DNA of 63,967 bases, counting the filler, from a bacterium (GTDB taxonomy: Bacteria > JACRDZ01 > JAQUKH01): assembly GCA_028719205.1 (NCBI GenBank). It is 4 parts of 4 records of this genome, joined end to end, with 100 filler letters (N's around TTAATTAATTAA, not from the genome) between each part and the next. Parts side by side here need not be neighbours in the genome. Positions count along the whole stretch, not along the records: positions 1 to 18,482 come from JAQUKH010000041.1; 3 more parts are not named here. One strand, given 5' to 3'. How positions within the stretch are numbered: the stretch's first letter is position 1; the number at the start of each line of letters is the position of its first letter. Below, piece by piece: positions 1-9,522 of this stretch. Below the pieces are notes generated by a model. That model was not told where the DNA came from and did no database searches. It was given only the letters and a program-made list of their open reading frames with translations. A program made the translations under genes and the position numbers.

Positions 1-537
1 AATGACCTCCTGCTTTGTGATGCCTGTAATGAAGGGCAGGTTTATAATAAACAGGATGTAAAAAACTATTTTAAGAAGATAGAAAACATTTTTATCGAAA
101 AATATAAAATGAAGATCAGAAATATCAAAGATTTTATTCCTGGCAATGAATTTAAGCTTAAAGAAATTTCATTGGCTAATGATAAAAATATTCCTTTTGT
201 GTTTTTTAAACCTGTTTATACGGAGTATGAAGCCCATTATATGGATTCATTGCCCCGCGTGCTTATTATTGAAGGGCTAACCTCCGAATATGTCAGGATT
301 TGGCTTGAGGAGCAAAATTTGTCTTGCGCGAATTTGCAGGATGAAGAAGAAAAACGCGGGATCGAAATGTATTTTAAATACGTTATGTTAAACCATTTTT
401 TATTAAGAGAACAGATGGCAAGATTTATTTATCTGAATAACGCGGCTTCTTTAAGCTTCAGAAGAATAAACGCGATCGTGGAAACAAGAGGCGAAGGTAA
501 ATTAGTAGAAGCTATAAAGAAGTGTTTCGAACAGTAA
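1..537 (+). CDS. 5'-partial protein with DA1-like zinc-peptidase domain and degenerate HEXXH
   Basis: Frame 1 is open from base 1 (NDLLLCDACNEGQV...) into ORF 109..537. LCDAC, SLPRVLIIEGLTSEYVRIWL and SFRRINAIV..G resemble DA1 motifs (LCLEC, GLPRLLTGSILAHEMMHAW, GFR). Confidence 0.5.
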   Translation, partial: NDLLLCDACNEGQVYNKQDVKNYFKKIENIFIEKYKMKIRNIKDFIPGNEFKLKEISLANDKNIPFVFFKPVYTEYEAHYMDSLPRVLIIEGLTSEYVRIWLEEQNLSCANLQDEEEKRGIEMYFKYVMLNHFLLREQMARFIYLNNAASLSFRRINAIVETRGEGKLVEAIKKCFEQ

Positions 538-540
538 ATG

Positions 541-589
541 ACTGGTGACTTTGTGACTTTTTTTTACTCCATGCCCCATGCTCCATGCT
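541..589 (+). repeat. Short tandem repeat patch (GTGACTT units and CCATGC 7-mers) overlapping the speE-like stop codon
   Basis: actggtgactttgtgactt ... ctccatgccccatgctccatgct; the same units recur at 6.3, 8.2, 9.2 and 10.5 kb. Confidence 0.75.
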
Positions 590-2804
590 CTTTTACCAGC
601 ACCACGCTTAAAGTTACTAAATTAATACAAGTTATAGTGACCAGCGTAAAGTATATCCCCAACAGCGGTATAAAAAGAGCAGTGGTTAAAAGCGCTCCAA
701 ATGCCGATCCGAGCAGGTCGAACGCGTAAAACCTTCCAAAGGATATTACTTCATCATTTTTATCAGGAGATATCCTGTTAGCCAGAGAAAATAATGCGCC
801 TATGATGAATGAAGGTATGAATAAAATGGTCAAAAACACAAAGATATTAATATCACCGGTGTATTTTGAGAAAAATAATATAATAAATAACGGATATAAA
901 GATAAAGTTAAAAATAAATAATTAAAAGTAATATTTAATCCCTGGATTTTTTCCATGGATCTTGCGGCGAAATAACTGCCTGAGGCCGATCCCAGCATAA
1001 AACTCGCGATGATCAATCCTAATTGAAGATATAAATACCCTGTTTTAATTTGAAATATCAGGCTGATAATAAGTTCCAGTGATATGCCGGTGAATCCCGC
1101 GGACATAACTGATAATGGAATAAAATCCGGTTTTTTAACTATCGTGAACAAAAGCAGGATTATTCCGATAGTAAAAACAGCTCCCAGGATATTTTCAATA
1201 GTAAATACACGTTCAAGCATAGTTACAATTTTTACCAGGAGGTTTGAGGTTTTGCTTGCCCAGAGAAGAAGGTCATAAAAATAATTTACAGGTGCCAGGT
1301 CCTTGTTTAGAGGTTGAGCAGGGGATAATTGCAGGTTAAGCTGGTCAATCCTGTCCTTTGATAACCGGAACGGGATCTGGTCAGGGGAAAGAAATAAAAG
1401 GTTTATCTCCGCTGTCTTTAGCCTTTCGCCTAATATCGATCCATCCAGAGTTATCAGTCCTTTTGCTTTGCCTGAAAGAAAAATATTTGTGCCTCCGGGT
1501 ATTATTTTAACCTCAGGGAAAATATCTAATAATGTATGGTAAGTACTTGCCAATAATCTTATTTGCTCCGGGCTGATATAATTTTCTCCGGAGGGCAGGG
1601 CCAGGGAAAATACTCCATCAGCGGAAAGCGTATCTCTCACTTCTTTAAAAAATTCCAGGGTGTAAAAACGGTTCAATGAACTTGTATAAGGTTCAGGCAG
1701 GTTCATAATTACGAAGCCAAATTTTTGACGGGTGTTCTTGACGAACGCGCGCCCGTCCGTGTTTATTATTGAAATTCTTTTATCGTATGTAAAAGGAACG
1801 GCATCTCCGGGCAGTAATTCTTTTGCCATATCAATAATAAGAGGGTCAAGTTCAACATAAATAATTTTTTCTATATTTTTATACTTTAAAAGTTCAGAAA
1901 GGCTCCCGTTCAACCCTCCCCCGATGACCAGCGCGTTTTTCGCTTCAATATTTTGCAGCGCTGTAAAATGGATATCTTCCGCGGAGAATTTATCAGGATA
2001 GGTAAACGCGTATAATCCGTTATCATAAAAGCTGACAGTATTTTCTTTTTTAAGCGCGGTTATCTGTCCGTAAACGGATGACCTGTTTTCAAGAATAAGG
2101 TATCCCTGCCAGCGCAGTTTAATGCTTGTATCATCTAATATTTTTATGAAACCGGAAGAAAATATACTTAAAGTAATACATGAGAATATAACAGCAAATA
2201 CCATGTTAAACTTATTAAATAAAAAATAAAATATCAAAAAACAATTAAGGATCAAAAGCGCCCCGATAATAAGAACGATTTGCCATGCCGAAAGGTATCT
2301 GATCAAAATAAAATTGCCGATGATCCCCGATGTGCCGGCGCCGAGCGCGTCAAGCATATATGTATAACCGGCCGCTTTAGAAGGTTCATTCAAACAGTTA
2401 TTTAATATCCGGCAGGCAAGGGGGAAGAGAAAACCTGATAAAAGGCAGAAGGGCGTAATAAATATAAAACTGTTCAGGATCATTGTCCCTGATCCAATGA
2501 TCTCGCCCTGAATAGGTTTATTAAAAATTATATTGCTTTTCAGAAGAAAGATCATTACAAAAAGGATAAAGAACAAAAGTACCTGGCATATCACGAAAAC
2601 CAGGGGCAGAGTTTTTAATTTAATTTCTAATTTTTTGCTTATATAACTTCCGCCTGCGTTTCCCAGCAGCCAGAAAAAGAAAACGATCCCCAGCGTAAGT
2701 TCATTGCCATAGAAGATAACAAAAAGCTCCCGAATAATAACGATCTGGCTCAAGAACACGCAAAACCCTAAAAGAAAAATAATAGAAAATATTTTCTTTC
2801 GCAT
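564..2804 (-). CDS. Membrane-bound spermidine synthase-like protein (TM bundles flanking an aminopropyltransferase-like domain)
   Basis: N- and C-terminal TM bundles; ALVIGGG, IIYVELDP, DGRAFV and NRFYTLEFF motifs. Confidence 0.85.
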   Translation of the reverse strand: MRKKIFSIIFLLGFCVFLSQIVIIRELFVIFYGNELTLGIVFFFWLLGNAGGSYISKKLEIKLKTLPLVFVICQVLLFFILFVMIFLLKSNIIFNKPIQGEIIGSGTMILNSFIFITPFCLLSGFLFPLACRILNNCLNEPSKAAGYTYMLDALGAGTSGIIGNFILIRYLSAWQIVLIIGALLILNCFLIFYFLFNKFNMVFAVIFSCITLSIFSSGFIKILDDTSIKLRWQGYLILENRSSVYGQITALKKENTVSFYDNGLYAFTYPDKFSAEDIHFTALQNIEAKNALVIGGGLNGSLSELLKYKNIEKIIYVELDPLIIDMAKELLPGDAVPFTYDKRISIINTDGRAFVKNTRQKFGFVIMNLPEPYTSSLNRFYTLEFFKEVRDTLSADGVFSLALPSGENYISPEQIRLLASTYHTLLDIFPEVKIIPGGTNIFLSGKAKGLITLDGSILGERLKTAEINLLFLSPDQIPFRLSKDRIDQLNLQLSPAQPLNKDLAPVNYFYDLLLWASKTSNLLVKIVTMLERVFTIENILGAVFTIGIILLLFTIVKKPDFIPLSVMSAGFTGISLELIISLIFQIKTGYLYLQLGLIIASFMLGSASGSYFAARSMEKIQGLNITFNYLFLTLSLYPLFIILFFSKYTGDINIFVFLTILFIPSFIIGALFSLANRISPDKNDEVISFGRFYAFDLLGSAFGALLTTALFIPLLGIYFTLVTITCINLVTLSVVLVKEHGAWGME

Positions 2805-2855
2805 AAAACAAAAATATCATGAAATTGTATAAATATCAACTTTATAAAATTCATA

Positions 2856-2885
2856 TTGACTACTGTCTTATAGCAGTTCTATAAT
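2856..2885 (+). promoter_or_regulatory. sigma70-like promoter
   Basis: TTGACT-18bp-TATAAT upstream of the rlmN-like gene. Confidence 0.55.
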
Positions 2886-2921
2886 ACACCTCTGACTTAA
2901 CCATAAAAACTAAGGCGAAAG

Positions 2922-3974
2922 ATGCTGGGTAAAATCATTTTAAAGAATTTGACTACTGAAGAACTGTATGGCCGGATAAAACCTATGGGCGGGAGTTTGT
3001 ATCTTGCGAGGAAAATACAGACGGCTGCTCTGCGCGGTAATGAATGGCTCAAGAGCGGGCCGGATATATCGGAGCGGGTTTTGGCGCGTGTACGGGAAGT
3101 TGGGATATTACCGCGGTTAAAGATGCTCAATAGGATTGAATCTCTCAAAGACGGATTTGCGCGTTATGTTTTTGAAGGTGAAGGCAAAGGCGCTTTTGAG
3201 GCGGTAAGAATACCCATTTTGCATCGTGAAGAGGATCGTAAATATATCGTTTGTGTAAGTTCGCAGGTTGGATGCGCGATGGGATGCATTTTCTGCAAGA
3301 CGGGGAAAATGGGGTTTATCAGGGATCTTGAAACCTGGGAGATCGTGGATCAGGTGGTTCAGATTGCCCGTGATTCCCAATATCCGGTTAAAGGAGTAGT
3401 GTTCATGGGAATGGGTGAACCCCTGCTGAATTATGACGCTGTGATGAAAGCCGCGGGCATACTTTCCGAACCGTGCGGCATGGCAATTTCCTCAAAAGCG
3501 ATCACTATAGGCACCTCAGGAGTTGTGCCCGGCATTAAACGGTTCATAGAAGATAAAAAGAAATACAGGCTCATAGTGTCCCTGACCTCGGCAGATCCGG
3601 CGAAACGAAAAAAACTCATGCCGGTTGAAAATAAATGGCCGACTGGCATTCTTATGGAAAGCCTGAGGGAATATCATAAGCAAACCAGAAAACGAATAAC
3701 CCTCGCGTGGATACTTATCTCGGGTTTAAATACGGGCATAGCAGACGCGCGGGAACTCGCTATGCTCACCAATGGGCTTCCTGTAAAAATTGACCTTATT
3801 GATGTAAATGACCCTGAAGGAAAATTTGTCGCGCCATCGAGCATCGAACTTAATTCATTCAGGGACGCTCTACACAAGGAACTCAGGATGCCCGTGGCAA
3901 GGCGTTATAGCGGCGGAGCGGATATTAATGCCGCGTGCGGTTTGCTTGCGACGCAGGTTCAAACGATTATTTAA
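2922..3974 (+). CDS. rlmN: RlmN/Cfr-family radical SAM RNA methyltransferase
   Basis: CVSSQVGCAMGCIFCKTG (CxxxCxxC), VVFMGMGEPLLN, DINAACG; may be a paralog rather than the main RlmN. Confidence 0.8.
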   Translation: MLGKIILKNLTTEELYGRIKPMGGSLYLARKIQTAALRGNEWLKSGPDISERVLARVREVGILPRLKMLNRIESLKDGFARYVFEGEGKGAFEAVRIPILHREEDRKYIVCVSSQVGCAMGCIFCKTGKMGFIRDLETWEIVDQVVQIARDSQYPVKGVVFMGMGEPLLNYDAVMKAAGILSEPCGMAISSKAITIGTSGVVPGIKRFIEDKKKYRLIVSLTSADPAKRKKLMPVENKWPTGILMESLREYHKQTRKRITLAWILISGLNTGIADARELAMLTNGLPVKIDLIDVNDPEGKFVAPSSIELNSFRDALHKELRMPVARRYSGGADINAACGLLATQVQTII

Positions 3975-3995
3975 TGATAATGAAAGGAAAATATT

Positions 3996-4352
3996 ATGAA
4001 AAATATTTATCTGACGGTTATTTTACTTTCCTGCAGTAATATCTTTATGACGTTTGCCTGGTACGGCCATCTTAAAAATCTTAATAACAGGTCCTGGATA
4101 CTGGCGGCGCTTATCAGCTGGGGAATAGCATTTTTCGAATATATGCTGCAGGTGCCCGCGAACAGGATAGGGTATAAGGTCCTGAATGTCGGACAGTTAA
4201 AGATCATTCAGGAAGTGATCACGCTGGCCATCTTTGTCCCATTCTCAATTTATTTCATGAAAGAGAAAATGAATTACGATTATCTATGGGCCGCCCTATG
4301 CCTCCTCGGCGCGGTATTTTTCATCTTCAGAACAAAAATATTGGGATTGTAA
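3996..4352 (+). CDS. DMT-superfamily small membrane protein (DUF486-like)
   Basis: SNIFMTFAWYGHLK, SWGIAFFEY..QVPANRIG, QLKIIQEVITL. Confidence 0.85.
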   Translation: MKNIYLTVILLSCSNIFMTFAWYGHLKNLNNRSWILAALISWGIAFFEYMLQVPANRIGYKVLNVGQLKIIQEVITLAIFVPFSIYFMKEKMNYDYLWAALCLLGAVFFIFRTKILGL

Positions 4353-4411
4353 CATTTATTAATTGTCAGGTTCACGCTTTTGGCGGCTGGGGAAAAAAGG
4401 AGAATAATAGA

Positions 4412-5362
4412 ATGGAAACTATGAAAGCAATTATATGCGCAAAATATGGTCCACCCGAAGTACTTCAGATCAAACAATGTAAAAAACCTGTCCCGGGAAA
4501 AGATGAGGTTTTGATCAAAATATACGCGGCATCAGTTACAAATAGTGATATCTTTATTCGAAGTTCAAACGTACCTTTCTTAATGATGATTCCGATGCGG
4601 CTAATGATCGGCCTTACAAAACCAAGGCAAGAAATTATTGGAGAGGTTTTTTCTGGTGAAATTGAATCTGTGGGATCTGGAATACACCGTTTTAAAGCAG
4701 GTGACCAGGTATATGGGCTTACCGGCTTTTCGCTTGGGGCATACGCTGATTACAAATGCATGAAGGAAATAGATTCCAAACAGGGATGTTTAGCGTTAAA
4801 ACCAGAAAATATAAGTTTTGAGGAAGCTACCTCTGCCGCGTATGGGGGATTATTGGCATTCCAATCTATGGAAAAAGGAAATATAAAAGCTGGGCAAAAA
4901 ATATTAATTTATGGCGCTTCCGGAACATCCGGTACAATCGCAATACAGTTTGCCAGGTATCTTGGTGCTGAAGTTACAGGTATATGTGGTTCATCAAATA
5001 TTGCATTGGTAAAATCTTTAGGTGCTGATAAAGTCCTGGATTATACCAGAAAGGACTCTATAAAAATGCTGGAAAAGTATGATTTTATACTTGATGCTGT
5101 CGGTAAAAGAAAGACTTCTGAATTGAAAAAAGCATGTGAGAAAGCATTAACACCAAATGGAAAATATTTCTCTATAGATGATAGTGCTTTGTTGCTGGAA
5201 TCAGACCGGTTGAATAGAATAAGAGAGCTAATCGAATCAGAAAAAATCAGGCCAATAAATGATAAGTGTTATCCCTTTGAGCAAATAGTTGAAGCGCATA
5301 AATATGTGGAGCTGGGCCACAAAAAAGGGAATGTAGCAATTACCGTAAATAAAAAACCCTGA
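4412..5362 (+). CDS. NAD(P)-dependent alcohol dehydrogenase / quinone oxidoreductase (MDR family)
   Basis: MKAIIC.KYGPPEVL, ILIYGASGTSG, EAHKYVELGHKKGNV; start moved to ATG 4412 after AAGGAG. Confidence 0.88.
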   Translation: METMKAIICAKYGPPEVLQIKQCKKPVPGKDEVLIKIYAASVTNSDIFIRSSNVPFLMMIPMRLMIGLTKPRQEIIGEVFSGEIESVGSGIHRFKAGDQVYGLTGFSLGAYADYKCMKEIDSKQGCLALKPENISFEEATSAAYGGLLAFQSMEKGNIKAGQKILIYGASGTSGTIAIQFARYLGAEVTGICGSSNIALVKSLGADKVLDYTRKDSIKMLEKYDFILDAVGKRKTSELKKACEKALTPNGKYFSIDDSALLLESDRLNRIRELIESEKIRPINDKCYPFEQIVEAHKYVELGHKKGNVAITVNKKP

Positions 5363-5421
5363 CAACTTGTGACTTATTTTTATGGAATCTTGCCGGGGAA
5401 AGGGGTAAAATATAAACATAT

Positions 5422-5961
5422 ATGAAAAAGACAGATGTTTTTCAGCTAATTTCTGATATTTTTAAAAATGAAGAAATACAATGTGTTTTAATCGGTGGTT
5501 TTGCAGTTAACTATTATAAAGTTACGCGGCAAACCGCTGATGTGGATTTTTTGATCACAAAAAAGGATTTTGAAAAAATATCCGTTTCACTGAAAAAGGC
5601 TGGTTATAAAAAAGATTTTGCCCAGGATGTATTTGCAAGATGCACCAGTGATAACTTTTTGATGGATATTGATTTTATGTTTGTTGATAAAGAAACGTTA
5701 GATAAGATCATGAAGGACGGAGAAAAGATAAGCATCGCAGGACAAAAATTTATAGTTCCGTCCCTGAACAACCTGATTGCTCTCAAATTACATTCAATTA
5801 AACATAATAAAAAAATACGGGAATTCAGAGATTTGCCTGATATTATTAATTTGATAAGGGTAAATAATCTGGATTTTAATAGTCCTGAATTCAAAGAATT
5901 ATGCCTGAAATACGGTACGGAAGAAATTTATCAGAAGTTATTAACAAGCTTAAAGGAATAA
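5422..5961 (+). CDS. Nucleotidyltransferase (AbiEii/DUF6036-like), putative TA component
   Basis: VLIGGFAV..Y...RQTADVDF, LIALKL, RDLPDI. Confidence 0.75.
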   Translation: MKKTDVFQLISDIFKNEEIQCVLIGGFAVNYYKVTRQTADVDFLITKKDFEKISVSLKKAGYKKDFAQDVFARCTSDNFLMDIDFMFVDKETLDKIMKDGEKISIAGQKFIVPSLNNLIALKLHSIKHNKKIREFRDLPDIINLIRVNNLDFNSPEFKELCLKYGTEEIYQKLLTSLKE

Positions 5962-5965
5962 TATT

Positions 5966-6139
5966 GTGGAAAAATTAAATCTTCCTATAATTATAAAACC
6001 GCTTCCAAAACAAAAAGCACTTTCTATGAATGAATATCTGGAATTCGTTGAATTTCACTTAAAGCATACTTTTAACCGGAAAGCATATAACGAAGAAAAG
6101 AAAAAGCTTTCAGTTAATGTCCCGTTTTCAATAAAATAG
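5966..6139 (+). CDS. 57-aa hypothetical protein, putative partner of the nucleotidyltransferase (absent from ORF track)
   Basis: GTG start after AAAGGA; MEKLNLPIIIKPLPKQKALSMNEYLEFVEFHLKHTFNRKAYNEEKKKLSVNVPFSIK*. Confidence 0.65.
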   Translation: MEKLNLPIIIKPLPKQKALSMNEYLEFVEFHLKHTFNRKAYNEEKKKLSVNVPFSIK

Positions 6140-6174
6140 TAATAGAATTAGTAATACTGTTGGATAAAATATTA

Positions 6175-6199
6175 GTAGGGGCGACCGGCCGGTCGCCCT
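6175..6199 (+). repeat. GTAG-family REP
   Basis: GTAG-GGGCGACCGGCCGGTCGCCC palindrome. Confidence 0.75.
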
Positions 6200-6221
6200 T
6201 ATTTTTGGATTTATTTGTTTT

Positions 6222-6248
6222 GTAGGGGCAGGTCTTGCGCCTGCCCTC
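6222..6248 (+). repeat. GTAG-family REP (inverted near-identical copy at 12691-12717)
   Basis: GTAGGGGCAGGTCTTGCGCCTGCCCTC. Confidence 0.75.
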
Positions 6249-6251
6249 CGA

Positions 6252-6655
6252 GTTGTTCAAACTGTTTAAACTGCTAAAACTGCTTGAACGGTTCAAACGA
6301 CTCTTCACCTTCCGCACTATCTTCCAACTCCATGCCCTATGCGCCATGCTTCTTTCCTTACTTGTGACTGGTGTCTTTGTGACTTTGCAACTTCCGCCAC
6401 GGCGGACAAGTGTGACTTTTTTATTCTTTGCTGGTGACTTTGTGACTTGTGACATGTTTTTTCTTGTGACGTTGCAACTTGCCTGCCCGCCGCAGGAGGG
6501 TGACGTTTCCTCTGCTATCTTTTCTATTGAACAAATCTAAAAATATGATATAGTTTAATGGATTGCTTTTTCTGTAAAAATGCGAGAAGTGGCCATATCA
6601 ATTCATTCATATCTGCCTTAAGGGCAGGTTGCCCATCCATTTCAGCCAGGTCTTG
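6252..6655 (+). repeat. Mosaic intergenic repeat module (9-mer TTYAAACNG, 7-mer CCATGC, TGTGACTT arrays, hairpin inserts, promoter block)
   Basis: Units read directly; homologous modules at 8200-8356, 9100-9335 and 10394-10730. Confidence 0.85.
6527..6554 (+). promoter_or_regulatory. sigma70-like promoter inside a duplicated block
   Basis: TTGAAC-16bp-TATAGT with TG at the extended -10; identical copy at 10616-10643. Confidence 0.55.
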
Positions 6656-6695
6656 AAGCAACTACGTATGTTCATATATTAATTTTTAATAGCAT

Positions 6696-8171
6696 ATGAA
6701 GACAATATCAAAATATATTTTACTAATTATAATGTTTACAGTATTTCAGCAAAAAATATCCGCTGAAAATGAAAACGTGAATAATGATATTTCAAAAAAA
6801 GCGATAATTTTAATGGGTGAAAAAAAATATAATGAGGCTATAAATCTTTTTGATAAGTTAATAGAGTCAAATCCCAATGATGCGATGATTTTTTATAACC
6901 GCGGTATTTGTTTCACCAAGCTTAAATACTATCCTGAAGCAATAAATGATTATGAGAAGGCGTTAAGCTGTAATATAGATGAATCCTTTAAAACAGATAT
7001 GCTTCTGAAACTGGGCTCGGCCTATTCAAATGTTAATAACATTAACCGGGCAATGGAAAGCTGGTTTAAAGTGTTGAAGATCGATTATTCAAATAAGAAG
7101 GCACGCAAATATATTTCAGAAGCAATTTATAAAATAACAAAAACCGATTCTGAAACAGCCCAAAAATATATTAAAAACGGAATCAAATATTTTGATGAGG
7201 GCGATTACAGATCCGCCATAGAGGAATATATAAAAGCCCTGAAAGAAGACCCTGAGTATTTGGGCGCTAAATATGAATTAGGTATGGCATATCTGGAAAA
7301 TGGGGAATTAGATGTTGCGCTTGTTATTTTTCTCGAAGTTTTGGAGAAAGCTCCTTACCTGGATAATGTTTATCAGGAATTAGGCAATTTATATAATATT
7401 AAAAAGAATTACATACCGGCTGGAGAAATGTTCGAAAAGGCGTTGGAGTTTACGCTGGACGATACAAGAAGGCCTTATCTTGAGGCAAGGAATAAACTGG
7501 TTAATATTTATCTAAAAAATAACGATTCTAAAAGCGCGGTATTGCATTTGGAAAGATTATATGTATTACTGCCGGACTCCGTTGAAATAAGGGACTCGTT
7601 GGGAATAAATTATATAAATTCCGGTGAATATAAAAAGGCAGAAAATTTATTTCTGGCTATACTTTCAAAAGAGCCTGATAATGTTTTCGCTAATGGTGAA
7701 TTAGGCATCGTTTATTCAATTATCGGAAAACATGAAGAGTCCGTTAAAATATATGAAAAACTTATCACAATCACTCCTGATAATTCCATAATTTGCATGA
7801 ACCTTGGTAATGGCTATAGATCTCTGAAAAATTATGAAAAAGCCATAGATGCCTTTAAAAAATCAATTCAATTGGATCCTAATAATAACTCGGCGTATTG
7901 GAATCTTGGCGATCTGTATTTTTCTTTAAAAAATTATGACGAGTCGCTCATTATACTGAAAAATGCCGTAAAATTAGATCCAAACGACTCACGAACTTAT
8001 TACCAAATAGCCAGAATATATTCATTACAGAAAAATGAGAAAGACGCAATAATAAACCTGGAAATGGCGATTACTCTTAACGATAAATACATTGAAGAGA
8101 TAAAAAATAATAAGGATTTTGATAATTTGATGAATAATAAACAATTCCATGAATTACTAATAGATAAATGA
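6696..8171 (+). CDS. Secreted tetratricopeptide-repeat protein
   Basis: Signal peptide, about 12 TPR-like repeats, C-terminal YYQIARIYSL...DFDNL cap. Confidence 0.85.
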   Translation: MKTISKYILLIIMFTVFQQKISAENENVNNDISKKAIILMGEKKYNEAINLFDKLIESNPNDAMIFYNRGICFTKLKYYPEAINDYEKALSCNIDESFKTDMLLKLGSAYSNVNNINRAMESWFKVLKIDYSNKKARKYISEAIYKITKTDSETAQKYIKNGIKYFDEGDYRSAIEEYIKALKEDPEYLGAKYELGMAYLENGELDVALVIFLEVLEKAPYLDNVYQELGNLYNIKKNYIPAGEMFEKALEFTLDDTRRPYLEARNKLVNIYLKNNDSKSAVLHLERLYVLLPDSVEIRDSLGINYINSGEYKKAENLFLAILSKEPDNVFANGELGIVYSIIGKHEESVKIYEKLITITPDNSIICMNLGNGYRSLKNYEKAIDAFKKSIQLDPNNNSAYWNLGDLYFSLKNYDESLIILKNAVKLDPNDSRTYYQIARIYSLQKNEKDAIINLEMAITLNDKYIEEIKNNKDFDNLMNNKQFHELLIDK

Positions 8172-8199
8172 TTTTCGCGTTTTTTCGAACTATCTTCTT

Positions 8200-8356
8200 A
8201 AATCCATACCCCATGTTTTTAAAATGCTTGTGATTTCTAGCCACAGCGGATAAGAGTGACTTCTTTATTCTTCTTGTGACTTATTTCTATATATCTAGAT
8301 ATTCCGCGCTATATTAACGGTTCGATCTGTTTGAACGGCTCAAACTGTTTAAACGT
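8200..8356 (+). repeat. Degenerate mosaic repeat module
   Basis: ccataccccatg, cttgtgac, decayed hairpin agccacagcggataag, tttgaacggctcaaactgtttaaac. Confidence 0.65.
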
Positions 8357-8405
8357 TTTTTAAAGGACAAATCAGTATATTAGTGTTACAATTAGACATA
8401 ATATT

Positions 8406-8729
8406 ATGAATAATGATATTTTAAAATTTATCAAGCTTTGTGTAAAAAAGCGTAAAATATATTGGACGTATCATGTGAATATGAGATTAAAAGGGCGTAG
8501 TATATCCCGTGAAGCGATTTTATATTCAGTAGATACTTATGTGATAATAGAAAATTACCCTGAAGATAAATATTTACCGAGCTATCTTATTTATGCGGAA
8601 GATGAAGGTGTGGCAATACACATTCATATGGCAGTTGATATAAAAAACAACAATATAAGAATAATTACAAGTTATAGGCCAACGTTAGATAAATGGAACG
8701 ATGACTTAAAAACAAGGAGAACGCCATGA
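8406..8729 (+). CDS. DUF4258 protein (putative RNase toxin)
   Basis: WTYHVNMRLKGR.I, IIENYPEDKYLPSYL, IITSYRP...W....KTRR. Confidence 0.8.
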   Translation: MNNDILKFIKLCVKKRKIYWTYHVNMRLKGRSISREAILYSVDTYVIIENYPEDKYLPSYLIYAEDEGVAIHIHMAVDIKNNNIRIITSYRPTLDKWNDDLKTRRTP

Positions 8730-8947
8730 AATGCCAAAATTGCGGTGGAAAATTGAAAAAAGTTATTACTAATTTACCATTTAAAGCTGAATACGATTCT
8801 ATTATTATTATTAAAAAATTACCGGTATTGCAATGTGAAAACTGTAGTGAATATTTAATTGAAGATCCGGTGATGGAAAAAGTAGACAATATTTTGTGTA
8901 AAGTTGATAAAACGGCTGAACTTGAAATTTTAAGTTATGCCGTATAA
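8726..8947 (+). CDS. YgiT-type zinc finger protein (MqsA-like antitoxin, no HTH)
   Basis: MKCQNCGG...LPVLQCENCSEY; ATGA overlap with the DUF4258 gene. Confidence 0.8.
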   Translation: MKCQNCGGKLKKVITNLPFKAEYDSIIIIKKLPVLQCENCSEYLIEDPVMEKVDNILCKVDKTAELEILSYAV

Positions 8948-8987
8948 AAAACAGAGGCGAGATTTCCTATTCCAAACATTTTTATTT

Positions 8988-9030
8988 GTAGGGGCGAACC
9001 TGCCCGCCTCAGGAGGGTAATCATTCGCCC
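8988..9030 (+). repeat. GTAG-REP interrupted by a 19-nt hairpin insert
   Basis: GTAGGGGCGAA[CCTGCCCGCCTCAGGAGGG]TAATCATTCGCCC. Confidence 0.75.
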
Positions 9031-9099
9031 TTTTTGTTTTATTCTTAATTCCTTAGGAATCAATTTAAAAGTTGCATTATTAGTGAATTTAAAAAAATT

Positions 9100-9335
9100 C
9101 TGAAAACTGTTTAAACTGCTTGAACGGTTTAAACGATTCTTCCGCTTCCGACTTCTGCTCATCCTCGCTATCTTCCCATTTCTTTACTGGTGACGTTGTG
9201 ACTTGTGACTTTGTTGCTTGTGACTTTGCAACTTCCGCCACGGCGGACAAGTGTGACTTATTTTCCCCATACTCTATGCCCTATGCGCCATGCATCTTTC
9301 CTTGCTTGTGACTTACGACTATAGACTATTGACTT
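9100..9335 (+). repeat. Mosaic intergenic repeat module
   Basis: 9-mer array (aaactgtttaaactgcttgaacggtttaaacg), tgtgactt array with TCCGCCACGGCGGACAAG insert, ccatactctatgccctatgcgccatgc, gactatagactattgact. Confidence 0.85.
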
Positions 9336-9416
9336 CTTTGCTTATTCCTTCCGCACATCTGCTCTTACGCTTCCGGGCCCGCCTAATAATTATCAATATT
9401 TGAAAATATTATTTTA

Positions 9417-9445
9417 TTGACAAGAGGGGATAAGAGAAATAGAAT
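9417..9445 (+). promoter_or_regulatory. sigma70-like promoter
   Basis: TTGACA-17bp-TAGAAT. Confidence 0.6.
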
Positions 9446-9522
9446 TAAAATTAGTAATATGAAATAGTTGCCAAATTGAAGAAGTGAGGGGTGTGAGCGT
9501 TATGCCATAAGAGGAGGATAAC

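Noticed and set aside
2922-3974. Cfr antibiotic-resistance methyltransferase
   Set aside because: The motifs are shared across RlmN/Cfr and nothing visible is Cfr-specific; a phylogeny would be needed.
4286-4411. N-terminal extensions in the ORF track (ADH 4286, Prx 14254, 17531, TPR 24797, 34357, higA 50325, rpiB 59608)
   Set aside because: Downstream ATGs have better RBSs or avoid long overlaps, and match family N-termini.
6114-6540. ORFs 6114..6455, 6235..6540, 8935..9162, 9120..9311 and 10296..10526
   Set aside because: Translations of tandem-repeat modules (LFKLFKLLKLLE, VTCDFV), with no RBS or family signal.
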